Source of the DNA: Takakia lepidozioides
Taxonomy: Eukaryota > Plantae > Bryophyta
Direction: 5' to 3'
DNA length: 64,000 nucleotides
NCBI GenBank assembly: GCA_030704615.1
Contig: CM060732.1
Location: forward strand, 17,856,001-17,920,000
Part shown: piece by piece, positions 1-10,284 of the stretch
Numbering within the stretch: the first letter of the stretch is position 1
How the letters are laid out: the number at the start of each line of letters is the position of its first letter
Program-made: the position numbers and the translations under genes
The notes under the pieces: generated by a model
Seen by the model: only the letters and a program-made list of their open reading frames with translations
Database searches by the model: none
What the model was told of the DNA's origin: nothing

Positions 1-1
1 C

Positions 2-466
2 TTGCTCAAATCGGACCCTGTTGCAGAGGAGGAGACAGAATCGCATCGGCCATTCTTTGCCAGAAAATCGTTTCTCGCGAGTCCCCAGAAGCCCTTTTTT
101 CTACCAGCGTATGCAGACACGGCTGCCAAAGAAGCCATCAGGAGGGAGGATAGGCCTACTCGGTTAGAGCAATTGACATACGGGAATGAGCAGAGAATTA
201 TAATGAGGCGTGAGGCCAAACATAGAATTGTGAAAGGCAGAGTAGGGAAGTTCGTAATAGAATCCGCGTCCGAGAGCGAGGGGAATGTCGAGGAGACTTC
301 CGCACCCAGGTGGACAGTTCCGGCTGGTGAGGATGGTATTTTTGAGGGGAGGGCTTCTCAGAGTAACAGCGGTAGCGGCAGTGCAGGTTCGGAGGCAGGT
401 GGAAGGCAGCCATCCTTGCATGAGGGCGGGGATGCATCGGACAGTGATAGCGGATCCTCACCATAG
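2..466 (+). CDS. C-terminal, low-complexity end of an ORF entering from the left edge; probably transposon-encoded
   Basis: Open frame from the window edge to TAG at 464-466 with an S/G/E-rich tail. It is followed by the same GGCGCCGAA repeats and terminal motif that follow the SWIM exon. Confidence 0.35.
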   Translation: MLKSDPVAEEETESHRPFFARKSFLASPQKPFFLPAYADTAAKEAIRREDRPTRLEQLTYGNEQRIIMRREAKHRIVKGRVGKFVIESASESEGNVEETSAPRWTVPAGEDGIFEGRASQSNSGSGSAGSEAGGRQPSLHEGGDASDSDSGSSP

Positions 467-1096
467 CAAAGTCTCATTTGGATCCTTTTGTTGTACAGTT
501 CTGAAACACTTAATGAATATATTGACGATTTGAAAAATCATTGTGTTCAGACTGCTTGTCCATTCCCTACATTTCTTCCGCCAACCAAAATCTATAATAA
601 AAGCAGAAGAGACGCAAACTTCAGTGAAGAACCCTACAAGTAATTTATGCACACCATCGACCCGGGAACTTGAAGCCATGAAAACCCTGCCGTTTCTAAC
701 ATTCCTATTGGGAAATTTGGCGCCGAAATAGCCCAGTTTGCGCCTTCGTTATATGGGCCTCAAAAATTCCACGGATGAATTACTGCACCAAAATATTGCG
801 ATGGAAGCCTTCAGCACAAGGCACTTCACCACATTCCACTTGGGTATTTCGGCGCCGAAATTGCCCGTTCTGCGCCATTAAATACCGCACTATATCACAT
901 TTTAAGAGGTAATTTCGGTGCCGAAATACCCCGGTGGATGTCTTCAAAACACCATTTTAGCACACTGCTCTTGGGAATAACGGCGCCGAAATTCCTCATT
1001 CCGCATCCTGGACCAGGAGAAACAGACCCTATTACCGAGGTAAGAGGACATAACACCGTCAATAAAGGCAGGAAAATTCCAATTCCGCGGATGTCC

Positions 1097-1157
1097 GCTC
1101 ATGAGCTCATAGGCTCATAGGCTCATGGGCTCATGCGCTCATGAAATAGTAAACCTC
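1097..1157. repeat. Putative transposon terminus, copy 1: (GCTCAT)n then GAAATAGTAAACCTC
   Basis: Near-identical to 2607-2660. Both copies are preceded by clusters of GGCGCCGAA motifs (about 718-990 and 2055-2400). Confidence 0.5.
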
Positions 1158-1194
1158 CGGTGCTGTACCTGCACCTTGTTTCAGCGGCAGATTT

Positions 1195-1890
1195 TTGACT
1201 CCCACATTTGCTCACGCCACAACGCAGACATTTTGGTTCTGTAGGCACGACATAATGACCTGTGTATTTGGCAAGCCCAAGTACGGGATTCAGGGAATGC
1301 CGGAGCCTCCGGGCGTCTGGCCTGTTGCACCGGGTTGCAGCCTCTCTCAGAATGAGGCGGATGCTCTATCTGCAGCAGGATTTCGAATGGTGCAACGCAC
1401 AGACATCCCGGCCCACGCATTTCCGGTTCCTCAGACCCAGCCATTGCATACTGCTCGGTCCAGTAGAGACGGATTGGACAATTCTGCACATCCCACAATG
1501 CGATTCGGAAGAGTGAAGAGACGACACCCTCCCAACAAGTTGAATGAGACTCGGATTGCCAATGCTCTTGGGATGGCTTGCACTATTCAGAGCTCCGTGG
1601 ACGTACCCCCACCCGGCCTTGGGCGTGTGTATCGGATGGCAACGGCCGGCTCGGCTGTACGCGACGATGTATACACAATTACGATTGGAGTGGAGCCGAC
1701 TTGCAACTGTACGGACTTCTCGTTGATGGAAGCAAAGAAGGGTTCGAAGTATTATCCGTGCAAGCATCTGTATTACATTTACCTGAAGAGGTTGAGGATG
1801 AACGTGACTATTGATGACTTTATTCATGCACCGGCGTTGAGCGTGAACGAGCTGCACAAACTCCTTCTTAGGGATTCCAGAAATCATTGA
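1195..1890 (+). CDS. Terminal exon encoding a SWIM zinc finger; probably a DNA-transposon protein
   Basis: YTITIGVEPTCNCTDF...YPCKHLYYIYL fits SWIM (CxC-xn-CxH). A polypyrimidine/AG acceptor lies at about 1175-1190. Confidence 0.7.
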   Translation: MTPTFAHATTQTFWFCRHDIMTCVFGKPKYGIQGMPEPPGVWPVAPGCSLSQNEADALSAAGFRMVQRTDIPAHAFPVPQTQPLHTARSSRDGLDNSAHPTMRFGRVKRRHPPNKLNETRIANALGMACTIQSSVDVPPPGLGRVYRMATAGSAVRDDVYTITIGVEPTCNCTDFSLMEAKKGSKYYPCKHLYYIYLKRLRMNVTIDDFIHAPALSVNELHKLLLRDSRNH

Positions 1891-2046
1891 TGGGGCAAAC
1901 GGAATCCTCCATATGGATATTTTCAAATGCATTTTGCTGTATCAGACTTTTTTTTTGCAGTGTAATGAAATGCACCCCAAAACTCCTGGAATGAGGCAAT
2001 ATTCCATTCAAACTGAGATCCAACAGAAGCAGTTCTGGGGCCATTT

Positions 2047-2280
2047 CTGGAAAAATGGCGCCGAATTTCTCTTTTTGGGGCCGAAAACTCGCTAAGTCCC
2101 AACATGCACTGGTACCTGTGTTTGGGAAAATGGCGCCGAATTTCTCTTTTTGGGGCCGAAAACTGGCTAAGTCCCAACATGCACTGGTACCGTGTCTGGA
2201 AAAATGGCGCCGAATTTCTCTTTTTTGGGCCGAAAACTGGCTAAGTCCGAACATGCACTGGAAAAATGGCGCCGAATTAC
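2047..2280. repeat. ~75-bp tandem repeat (about 3 copies) carrying GGCGCCGAA; subterminal-type array
   Basis: ATGGCGCCGAATTTCTC recurs at about 2055, 2130 and 2205, with a partial copy at about 2266. Confidence 0.85.
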
Positions 2281-2606
2281 CTGTCATGAGGGGACCTATA
2301 GCCGCGGAATTCGGCACCATTTTTCGCCAGAGAGACCTATTGCCGCGAAATACGTCGCCGTTTTTTCAGGTTATGGACCCTATTACCGCGAAATTCGGCG
2401 CCATATTTGCACATGTCGCTAGGAATTGGCATGAGCGGAAGACAAAATATCATGAGCACAACTGTCAAAAGTGCAATTTTCCCTTCAAGGGGCCGAATAA
2501 TATATTTGTTTTTTCTGACACATTGCATTAAATTATTGTTTTTTTATTGTTTTTTATTTTCGAAATTTGTACTTCTGCTCATGAAAACCGATTGTGTTAC
2601 TACTCT

Positions 2607-2660
2607 GCTCATGCCGCTCATGCCGCTCATGCCGCTCATGCTCATGAAATAGCAAACCTC
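2607..2660. repeat. Putative transposon terminus, copy 2: (GCTCATGCC)n then GAAATAGCAAACCTC
   Basis: Abuts and truncates the LINE 3' fragment at 2661; matches 1097-1157. Confidence 0.5.
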
Positions 2661-3345
2661 TGGCCATTGACCCCGCGCCCAGTTTGAGTAGAAACAAAAG
2701 GGACAGAACCTGCCTCTGTTAGGGGCTGACGTTGGTAGTAAGACTTACCTTCATATATAGAATTAATCCGGGTTTTCCAGATATCCTTTAGAAATCTCTT
2801 CACACAAACATCAATCTGTTGTGTGTGATTTGCCCAATAACTAGGCCTCAGGAGGGCCTGGGCTTTTGGCTCAGCCTTGAGACTTTCAAAGTTGGCAAAC
2901 AAAGGTACAAGCACAATTCCCTTTATAGATTTGAAGAGAGCGTCTCTTTGGTGAGAGAACCCCGGACAATGTATCAGAAAATGAGTACCGTCTTCAGATT
3001 GCCCACACAACGGGCAATTGCATTCTCCCTTTCCTCTCTGCTTCTGTTTGCTGTTAGAGGTAGGCTTCCTGCCCTGAGTTTAAATTTCAGTCTAGTGCCG
3101 AGACAGGGTAGACCCTTGAGGTCATCCAAGATGTCCTCCCCCATGTCACTGACTGGAAACAAGTTCAGGGAAGTTTTCTGCCTAACTTCATTTTCATCAG
3201 ACAATCTCATGGCAACAGACATGGCTTTGGACACTACAGCCTCTAAGTCGGATTTATCAACCCATATTGCAGATCCGTACTCCAAGGCAAGTCTAATAAT
3301 GCAACAAAGCATGGTTTTCTTAACCTCAGAGTTGACCCCTCTGAA
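2661..3345 (-). mobile_element. 3' fragment of a non-LTR retrotransposon ORF2 (RTEX/L2/CR1-like C-terminus), copy 1, internally deleted
   Basis: LEYGSAIW, RLKFKLRAGSLPL and C..CGQSEDGTHFLIHCP (CCHC-type C-terminal motif). Homologous to 9550-10280, 34305-35152 and 35361-36072. Confidence 0.75.
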
Positions 3346-3360
3346 GAAAAAGTTAAAATG

Positions 3361-5215
3361 AGAGAGGGAAGATATTCATGTCATGTCAAGACATGGACAG
3401 ATCAGCCTGTCATATTGCAAATTCAAGACATATACACACAAACATCTTGAAAACTCAAATTGCAGGTCATAGGCCTGATGTCATGACAAGGCCAAAACTA
3501 TAGGTAAGATACCATTACAGCTTACCATCCTCATCCTTCAAGAGGTCCATGCTAAAGCTTGCAAATAACACCTCACTATGATCCATCACACACCAGAAAC
3601 AGGCCCGAAAAGGAGCAGTTCGGTTCCTTATCAGGCTGCCGCCATAACATTCAAGGCCACCACGTCCTTAGAGCCCCAAACCTGCCGAAGCAGCCCCCAT
3701 AAAACCAGATCCTCTATGGCCCAAAGAACTTACAACCTAGCTCAATAATCCACAGGCCCTGCTGTCAAAGATCAAAAGATAGGGTATGGTTTGTATGCAG
3801 GCCTCAGGAAATAGGCCAGACAGGTCGAGCTACCCATCGACGGTAGAACGACAAAAGCCAAAATATAGGCTGTAGCATGCCAAACCAGGAGCAGTCGGGT
3901 TGAAATCGGGGCTGCACATGGTCCCATCACAAGCCCCCACAAAATCAACAGATTAGTGAGGATTGTGGAACCCTAGGTGAATCTCAGACCCTCATACTTG
4001 TCATCGATGTCAACTAAGAAACTCAAAAGCAAGAGAAGAAGACAAGAACATAAGGATCCCTAAACTCCAAAGGCACCTTAAGCGATTGGGGAAGAGGGTT
4101 ATGTGCCATCACCACCCGCAGCAAGCCGCCTCCACAAAGCACATGAGCAATGAAGCAAAGCAGGCAAAAACGCAAGGCACCAGAAAGGAGGGAGAGAGAC
4201 TTCCCAGCACAAATGCCCTTGCTAAGCTTAAAAGCCAGAGGAGGGAAGATGCCACTGCAATCACAGCAATGTTTCCCGCTGCAAGAGAGACAGGGCGCCG
4301 CCTTCGTGCCTCCCCATGCGCTCATCCAGCATGGGTACGACACCACAAACGGGGCAGCCACCAAAGCACGTCCGCCATAACACTCTCCCCGCGAACTCAG
4401 AAGCACATCGCGTGCTTCTGACAGCGGGAGAGACAACATAGGGTTTTCTTTCCCCGATTTTCATCCGTGGATGAAAAACAATAGGATACAACATTCTACT
4501 CTGACGGATTTCACCCGCAGCAGGTTAAAAATAGGTTTTAGGGTAGGGGTTAGGGTTTTCCCCGTAATTAATCATAATTAGGGGTAGTAAAGATCAATCC
4601 CATGCCATAATCATGTCATCCATAAGCAGATCACTATGTCAGGATGAAAAAAGTAGGGAATATCATCCGTGGCAGCGATTTACCTCCTCTTAGGTAATTC
4701 AACATTCCTCACCAGACCATCCGGTATGGATAAAAAGAGTCAATGAAAGAGGAATGAAAAAAATTATTGTCCTAGTATTTTTTTCAACCGGTATGGATGA
4801 AAAAAATGATGTTGTTGGCAACCTTCATAGAGGTAATTTTTTCCATTCCATGGTTACTCATCCGGTATGGATGAGAGTCATTAAAGGAGGAATGAAAAAG
4901 CCAAAAGAACCATCCTAGAGGTAATTCAGTGTCCATCATGGCGGCTCATCCGGTATGGATGAAAAAGCCGATAGAGGATGGATGAGCCTCTGTCAAAACT
5001 TCATCCAGTATGGGTGAAAAAACATGGAATCAACATTGATAGCAAACTGCTGGGTTCCTAGTAGAAAGGGAGACAGAGGGAGAGAGGGGGCAACAAAGAG
5101 AAAACAAAAAGGTGGGGGGGGGGGGGGGATGACTGAGCAGCAGCCCCACCTTTCTCTTTTTCTTTTTGTTTCCTGATCTCTCCCTCTCACTCCCTCTCTC
5201 TCTCCCTCTGTACAT
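3361..5215 (-). repeat. Dispersed repeat, left arm of an inverted pair with 10285-13255
   Basis: 3400-5200 is the reverse complement of about 10290-12183, and 3361-3400 matches 13210-13253. The peptide MLSLPLSEARDVLLSSRGECYGG appears at 4439(-) and 11087(+). Confidence 0.9.
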
Positions 5216-6429
5216 GGATCCTGTTGGTAACCTATTCCATAACCCAGAGGGTTTGGTACTAAGGTAATTTTTTACTAAACTATAATTAACTTTCTGCTAT
5301 CTTCATCCATACCGGATATAGTTAATAATGGATGAATTCCATTAAATGTTAATTATGGTTATCATTTTTTACTTGGTTCCTTTGGATTATTAAGGTCATT
5401 TATATCTAACCCTAATGAATGCCAGGTTCTGGTCATCGATTTTAGGATGTCATCCCTGCTGGATGACATGGCGATGACAACAGGGGAATATTCACCTTTC
5501 ATTCCTTATTTTTCATCCCACATGGATGAAATCGCAATGGTTTGCCATATTTCCTCTCCTGCCATAAAACTTGCACGATACTGTGCGTTTTTTCTACGGG
5601 AGATGAAGTGATGGTGTCAGAGGGATCTCTTAGCACGAATTTTATGATTTTGATGGCTATGGAGACGCTTCAATGTTGTTTACAAGTACTCTGGCAAGAT
5701 TCCAGTCCTTTCTCATCTCCCTTGGGAGGCGTAACGGCGGCGGTGCTTCAATTCCCTCAGTATGGTGACCTATTCCCTTGGCGGGCAATCTACCTTAGGC
5801 TGCCCGACTGCTTGTAGATCCTCTCTGGATCATTAAGTTTCAGCACTGCTCATAAAAACTCAGGGGGTTTCTTCACCTGTTAAAATGCGCATAGATTTCA
5901 AGCAAACCATTGCTTGTTTGTGCTGTTGATTGTCAAGTGCTTGGAGCGATGTCGAGTCCTCTTCCGCAATCGATTAAGGTTGTGGATAACCTTGCTTGTG
6001 TTTAGAATAGTCAGCCATCAGATGGACTAGTATGATTCAAATAAACTGTGACGATCAAGAGGAGACAACCGGAATCACAAACTCATGAATTCATTGATTT
6101 CGAAGTCTAACAAGTAAATGGGTAGGCTGCAATCAGCAACCCCTCTTTTATGTTTTCTTTCACATACATGAACACCACTCTTACTCTTTAGTCTAATACC
6201 ACGGTAGAAGTGTCCTTAGTGCGTTTCGTTCCACCTAAATATCACACGTGTTTGACAACAGCCAGACAAAATCTATTGCACCGGGGTACTGATAGTTTTT
6301 AGAGAATTAAGTCAGTTCCATAGAGAGATTCCCACCCGGCCGGGATAGGTTAATCCCAGAAACCCATGGCTGCAAGCAAAGCATTACACATCGTCGTGGG
6401 ACATTTTCCCTCTCTTGAGGTGAAAACAG

Positions 6430-7345
6430 AGATGCACCCACATTTTGCATACATGTCAACCTTGGTATTGTTCAGAATGACATTTGGTACAATTCCAGCT
6501 CTGAAGATGTTGCCATGGGCCTCTTTCCCCTTTTCCATCTGTCCAGGGCTCGATGTACCCACATTTTGCATACATGTCCACCAGGGTATTGTTCAGAATG
6601 ACATTTGGTACAATTCCAGCTCTGAAGATGTCGCCATGGACCTCTTTCCCCTTTTCCAGAGCTGCCAGGGCAGTGTTCAGAATGACATTTGGTACAATTC
6701 CAGCTTTGATGATATCCCCATGCATCTCTTTGCCTTTGTCCAGGGCTCGATGCACCCACATTTTGCATACATGTCCACCAGGGTATTGTCCAGAATGACA
6801 TTTGGTACAATTCCAGCTCTGAAGATGTCGCCATGGACCTCTTTCCCCTTTTCCAGAGCTGCCAAGGCAGTGTTCAGAATGACATTTGGTACAATTCCAG
6901 CTTTGATGATATCCCCATGCACCTCTTTGCCCTTGTCCAGGGCTCGATGCACCCACATTTTGCATATATGTCCACCAGGGTATTGTCCAGAAAGACATTT
7001 GGTACAATTCCAGCTCTGAAGATGTCACCAAGGACCTCTTTCCCCTTTACTAGAGCTGCCAGGGCAGTGTTCAGAATGACAATTGGTACAATTCCAGCTT
7101 TGATGATATCCCCATGCACCTCTTTGCCCTTGTCCAGGGATCGATGCACCCACATTTTGCATACATGTCCACCAGGGTATTGTTCAGAATGACATTTGGT
7201 ACAATTCCAGCTCTGAAGATGTCGCCATAGACATCTTTCCCCTTTTCCAGAGCTGCCAGGGCAGTGTTCAAATGACATTTGGTACAATTCCAACTTTGAT
7301 GATATCCACATGCACCTCTTTGCCCTGGGCTCGATGCACCCACAT
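6430..7345 (-). repeat. 197-bp tandem array (about 4.6 units) built from two PLS-PPR fragments
   Basis: CAGGG(C/A)TCGATG(C/T)ACCCACATT recurs at about 6544, 6741, 6938 and 7135. Units translate to ALEKGKEVHGDIFRAGIVPNVILNNTLVDMYAKCGCI; the frame shifts with each unit. Confidence 0.92.
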
Positions 7346-8400
7346 TCCTATGCTGACTTGCATCTGCTTCCAGCAGACATTCACCACGGTGCAGCTTTGC
7401 GGGCAGAGATTGAAACGTGGCCTGCTAAGACCAAGCTAACTCTCCCAAGAACCTTGTAAACATTAGGAAGAATACCAAATCATAACAGGAGCCAAGAGCC
7501 CACATTTGCAGGATGGACTTACTTCTTCACATGGTACATTAAGAAAAAGCCACACCTTGTGATTGCGGTTGTCCCACCATCGCGAAGGATTTTAAAAACT
7601 CATGCCAACTCTGCTCCGTGCTGCAAATACAGGGCCGAGTCTGATGAGAGGGCAAAACAAGGCTGAAATAGGTCGAAGAAGAAGGTGCCCTCACCACATT
7701 GTCCTCGACCTTGTGTCATGACCCATGGAGGATTTGATTGACCATGAACCCAAGCGGACCTCTTGTGTGTGCTGCTTGCGTCTATAGTCAGGTAATGTCG
7801 GATTGGTCTGTGAGAACCACCATGGTGCAGCTGAGCGGGCGTCAATTGAAACACGGACTGCTAAGACCAAGCTGACTCTCCCAAGAACCTTGTAAGCATC
7901 ATGAAGAATACCACATCATGGTACTAACAGCCTACAGGAGCCAAGAGCCCACATTTGCAGGATGGACAAACTTCTTCACATCGTACATTAAAAAAAAACC
8001 ACACCTTGTGATCGCGGTTGTCCCACCATCGTGAAGGATCTGTAAAAAACTCATGCCAGCTCTGCTCCGCCGAGCAATTCAGGGCCGAGTCCGATGAGAG
8101 GACAAAACAGGCTGAAACAGGTCGAAGAAGAATTAGGCTCGCACACGCATTGCATCTACAAACGAACTTGACCAAGTCTGCCTTTACCCCTTCCCGCATC
8201 ATTTGCTCATAGGTCTTTGCTCATACGTCTCCGAAGCCTCTATACCAAGCCCACGCTGTGCATATCCTCGCCGTTCCTGCAACATTTGCTCAAGAATAGC
8301 TCTGCAAAGCCTCCATCCCACGCCCTTGAATATCCTGCGATCATCGCGTTCCATGCTCTTGGCTCTATACTAAGAAAATGCGCAGGAGACCAAAAAGAAA
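7346..8400 (-). pseudogene. Mosaic of a PPR fragment and two OSB-type PDF-motif exon/intron units (transposon cargo)
   Basis: WNAMIAGY / MMREGVKADLVKFVCRCNACASL, then WHEFFTDPSRWWDNRDHK|gt and a second NPSRWWDNRNHK|gt. Homologous in inverted orientation to 42200-42730. Confidence 0.7.
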
Positions 8401-8559
8401 AGCCAAAATGAGGCTAAGTCCTAGCCCTCTAATGGGCAACCCTACAAACAACTTTTTTAATTTTTTAACCTTTTGGCTACCAAGCTTGCACTAGAAGTCA
8501 TTCCGGCGACTGTTGGTGGTAAGCTTGCGCTGGTCAATCATCGTTGATCACCCTTCCGT

Positions 8560-8751
8560 CTCGTGCGGAGCCATGCAGTCATGATGACGTCTACCAACGT
8601 AGTCGCTCAGAGGACTACGTAGTCACACAATCATTTCAACGACTACGTGAAGCCCCATTTGGTCCAAAAATACAGGGAAGTCATGGTCAAAGTCAGGAAA
8701 ACCATGACTACCATGGCCTGGCAGTCAGATATACCGCGTTCTGTTGTAGTG
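8560..8751. mobile_element. CACTA terminus (reverse complement CACTACAACAGAACGCGG) with subterminal GACTAC/GTCAT repeats
   Basis: CTGTTGTAGTG at 8741-8751 has the same TIR core as 17174 and 47898. Confidence 0.75.
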
Positions 8752-8771
8752 GGGGTGGGGAAAACACTCAC

Positions 8772-9167
8772 CTTTGCCGCATCCGCAATCTTGTTATTCT
8801 TGTAATGTTTTTCGACAACATGCGGTCGCCGCCTCGGTGGTCTGGTGCCGCCCGGCGGTATCCGTTTGCAACACTTAGTGCACCAACACTCAATCCTGTC
8901 GGGGGGGTCAAAGGTGGACGTGGTTGGACGGGGTGGCCCGCGAGAGGGCAACCCGTGGCGTGCCCGACTTGATCCCGGAGTGTCAACATCCTCCGCATCA
9001 CCTGAAATTTGGCCCCGGTCCCTTCTACGATTGTGCCCGGCAGCCTGTATTGGATCAGGTGCAATGGGTGGCTCCTTGCCACGAAAAACGGTCGCTCTAG
9101 GGCCACAATCGATATGTGGTACTACCTCCCCATCCTCGAGGGAGACGGGTCGATGTTTCCTCACCAT
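8772..9167 (-). pseudogene. First exon of a probable CACTA TnpD-like gene (transposase-associated CxCxxC...H motif)
   Basis: IECWCTKCCKR...PHVVEKH followed by a K|GTGAGT donor. The downstream intron is interrupted by the CACTA end at 8751. Confidence 0.5.
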
Positions 9168-9549
9168 CGCATCCTAATTAACACACACCGCCAGCACTTT
9201 CATTTCTCAAAAACCATTGGCGAAAAAACCCTATGCCTCAGCCTCGGGGCTTTCAAAATTGGTAACCAAAGGCGGAGCATCTCTATGGTGCTAGAGAGCC
9301 CAAGACAATAAATCCTTCCTCACGTTCTATCTTCAGGATGCCCACACCATGGAAAAATTTGTTGAGACCCAATGTTTTGCACTTATCAGATTGAACCACA
9401 TTTTAGGTATGTGAAACCTAATTACACCGTTTATCCTTTCAACCCCAAGACCCACAACCAAAATCGCCAATCCAAAACCCAGCACCATAAAGAAAAGCAA
9501 ACACCCTAACCCAGTACCATATGAAAAAAAACAAAATAAAAATAAAAAC

Positions 9550-10280
9550 GACGTTGGTAGTAAGACTTACCTTCACATATAGAATTAATCCGGGTTTTCC
9601 AGATATCCTCTATAAATCCCTTCACACAAGCATCAATCTGCTGTGTGCGAGTTGCCCAAAAACTAGGCCTTAGAAGGGGCTGGGCTTTTGGCTCAGCCTC
9701 GACTATTTCAAAGTTAGTAAACAAAGGTACATGCACAATTCCCTTGATAGTTTTGAAGAGATCGTCTCTTTGGTGAGAGAACCCCGGACAATGTATCAGA
9801 AAATCAATAATGTCTTCAGGTTGCCCACACAACGGGCAATTGCACTCTCCCGATCCTCTCTACTTCTGTTTGCTTATCAAAGGAAGGCTTCATGCCCCGA
9901 GTTTAAATTTCAGTCTAGTGCCGAGAGTGGGTAGACCCTTGAGGTCATCCAAGATGTCCTCCCCCATGTCATAGACTGGAAACAAGTTCAGGGAAGTTTT
10001 TTGCCTAACTTCATCATCAGACAATCTCATGGCAACATACATGGTTGGACACTACAGCATCTAAGTCAGATTTATCCAGCAGGTTGAAGACTTGCGGATC
10101 CAGGTCCAGGTCCTTGAGAATCTCTTCTACTGTCTTCTGCCAAGACTTTGCCTGTTTGACAGGTCGGTGGGCGGTCATGTTTCCAAGATATAGAGTCGAT
10201 TAACTTAGGATATCTGGTGTTGGACATATGCTGCAGCTGACCCTACCATCTGATCTTAAACTTATCTCGTCCGGAGCTTA
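9550..10280 (-). mobile_element. LINE ORF2 3' fragment, copy 2
   Basis: CGQPEDIIDFLIHCPGFSHQRD...; homologous to 2661-3345. Confidence 0.75.
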
Positions 10281-10284
10281 AAAG

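Noticed and set aside
4023-4494. ORFs in the dispersed repeat (also 11032-11479)
   Set aside because: Frames differ between the two copies and no domain is recognisable.
4640-5020. Regularly spaced palindromes resembling a CRISPR array
   Set aside because: Eukaryotic TE context, degenerate repeats, spacers related to each other, and no cas genes.
6350-7343. Functional PPR gene
   Set aside because: The 197-bp period shifts frame every unit and the motifs are incomplete.
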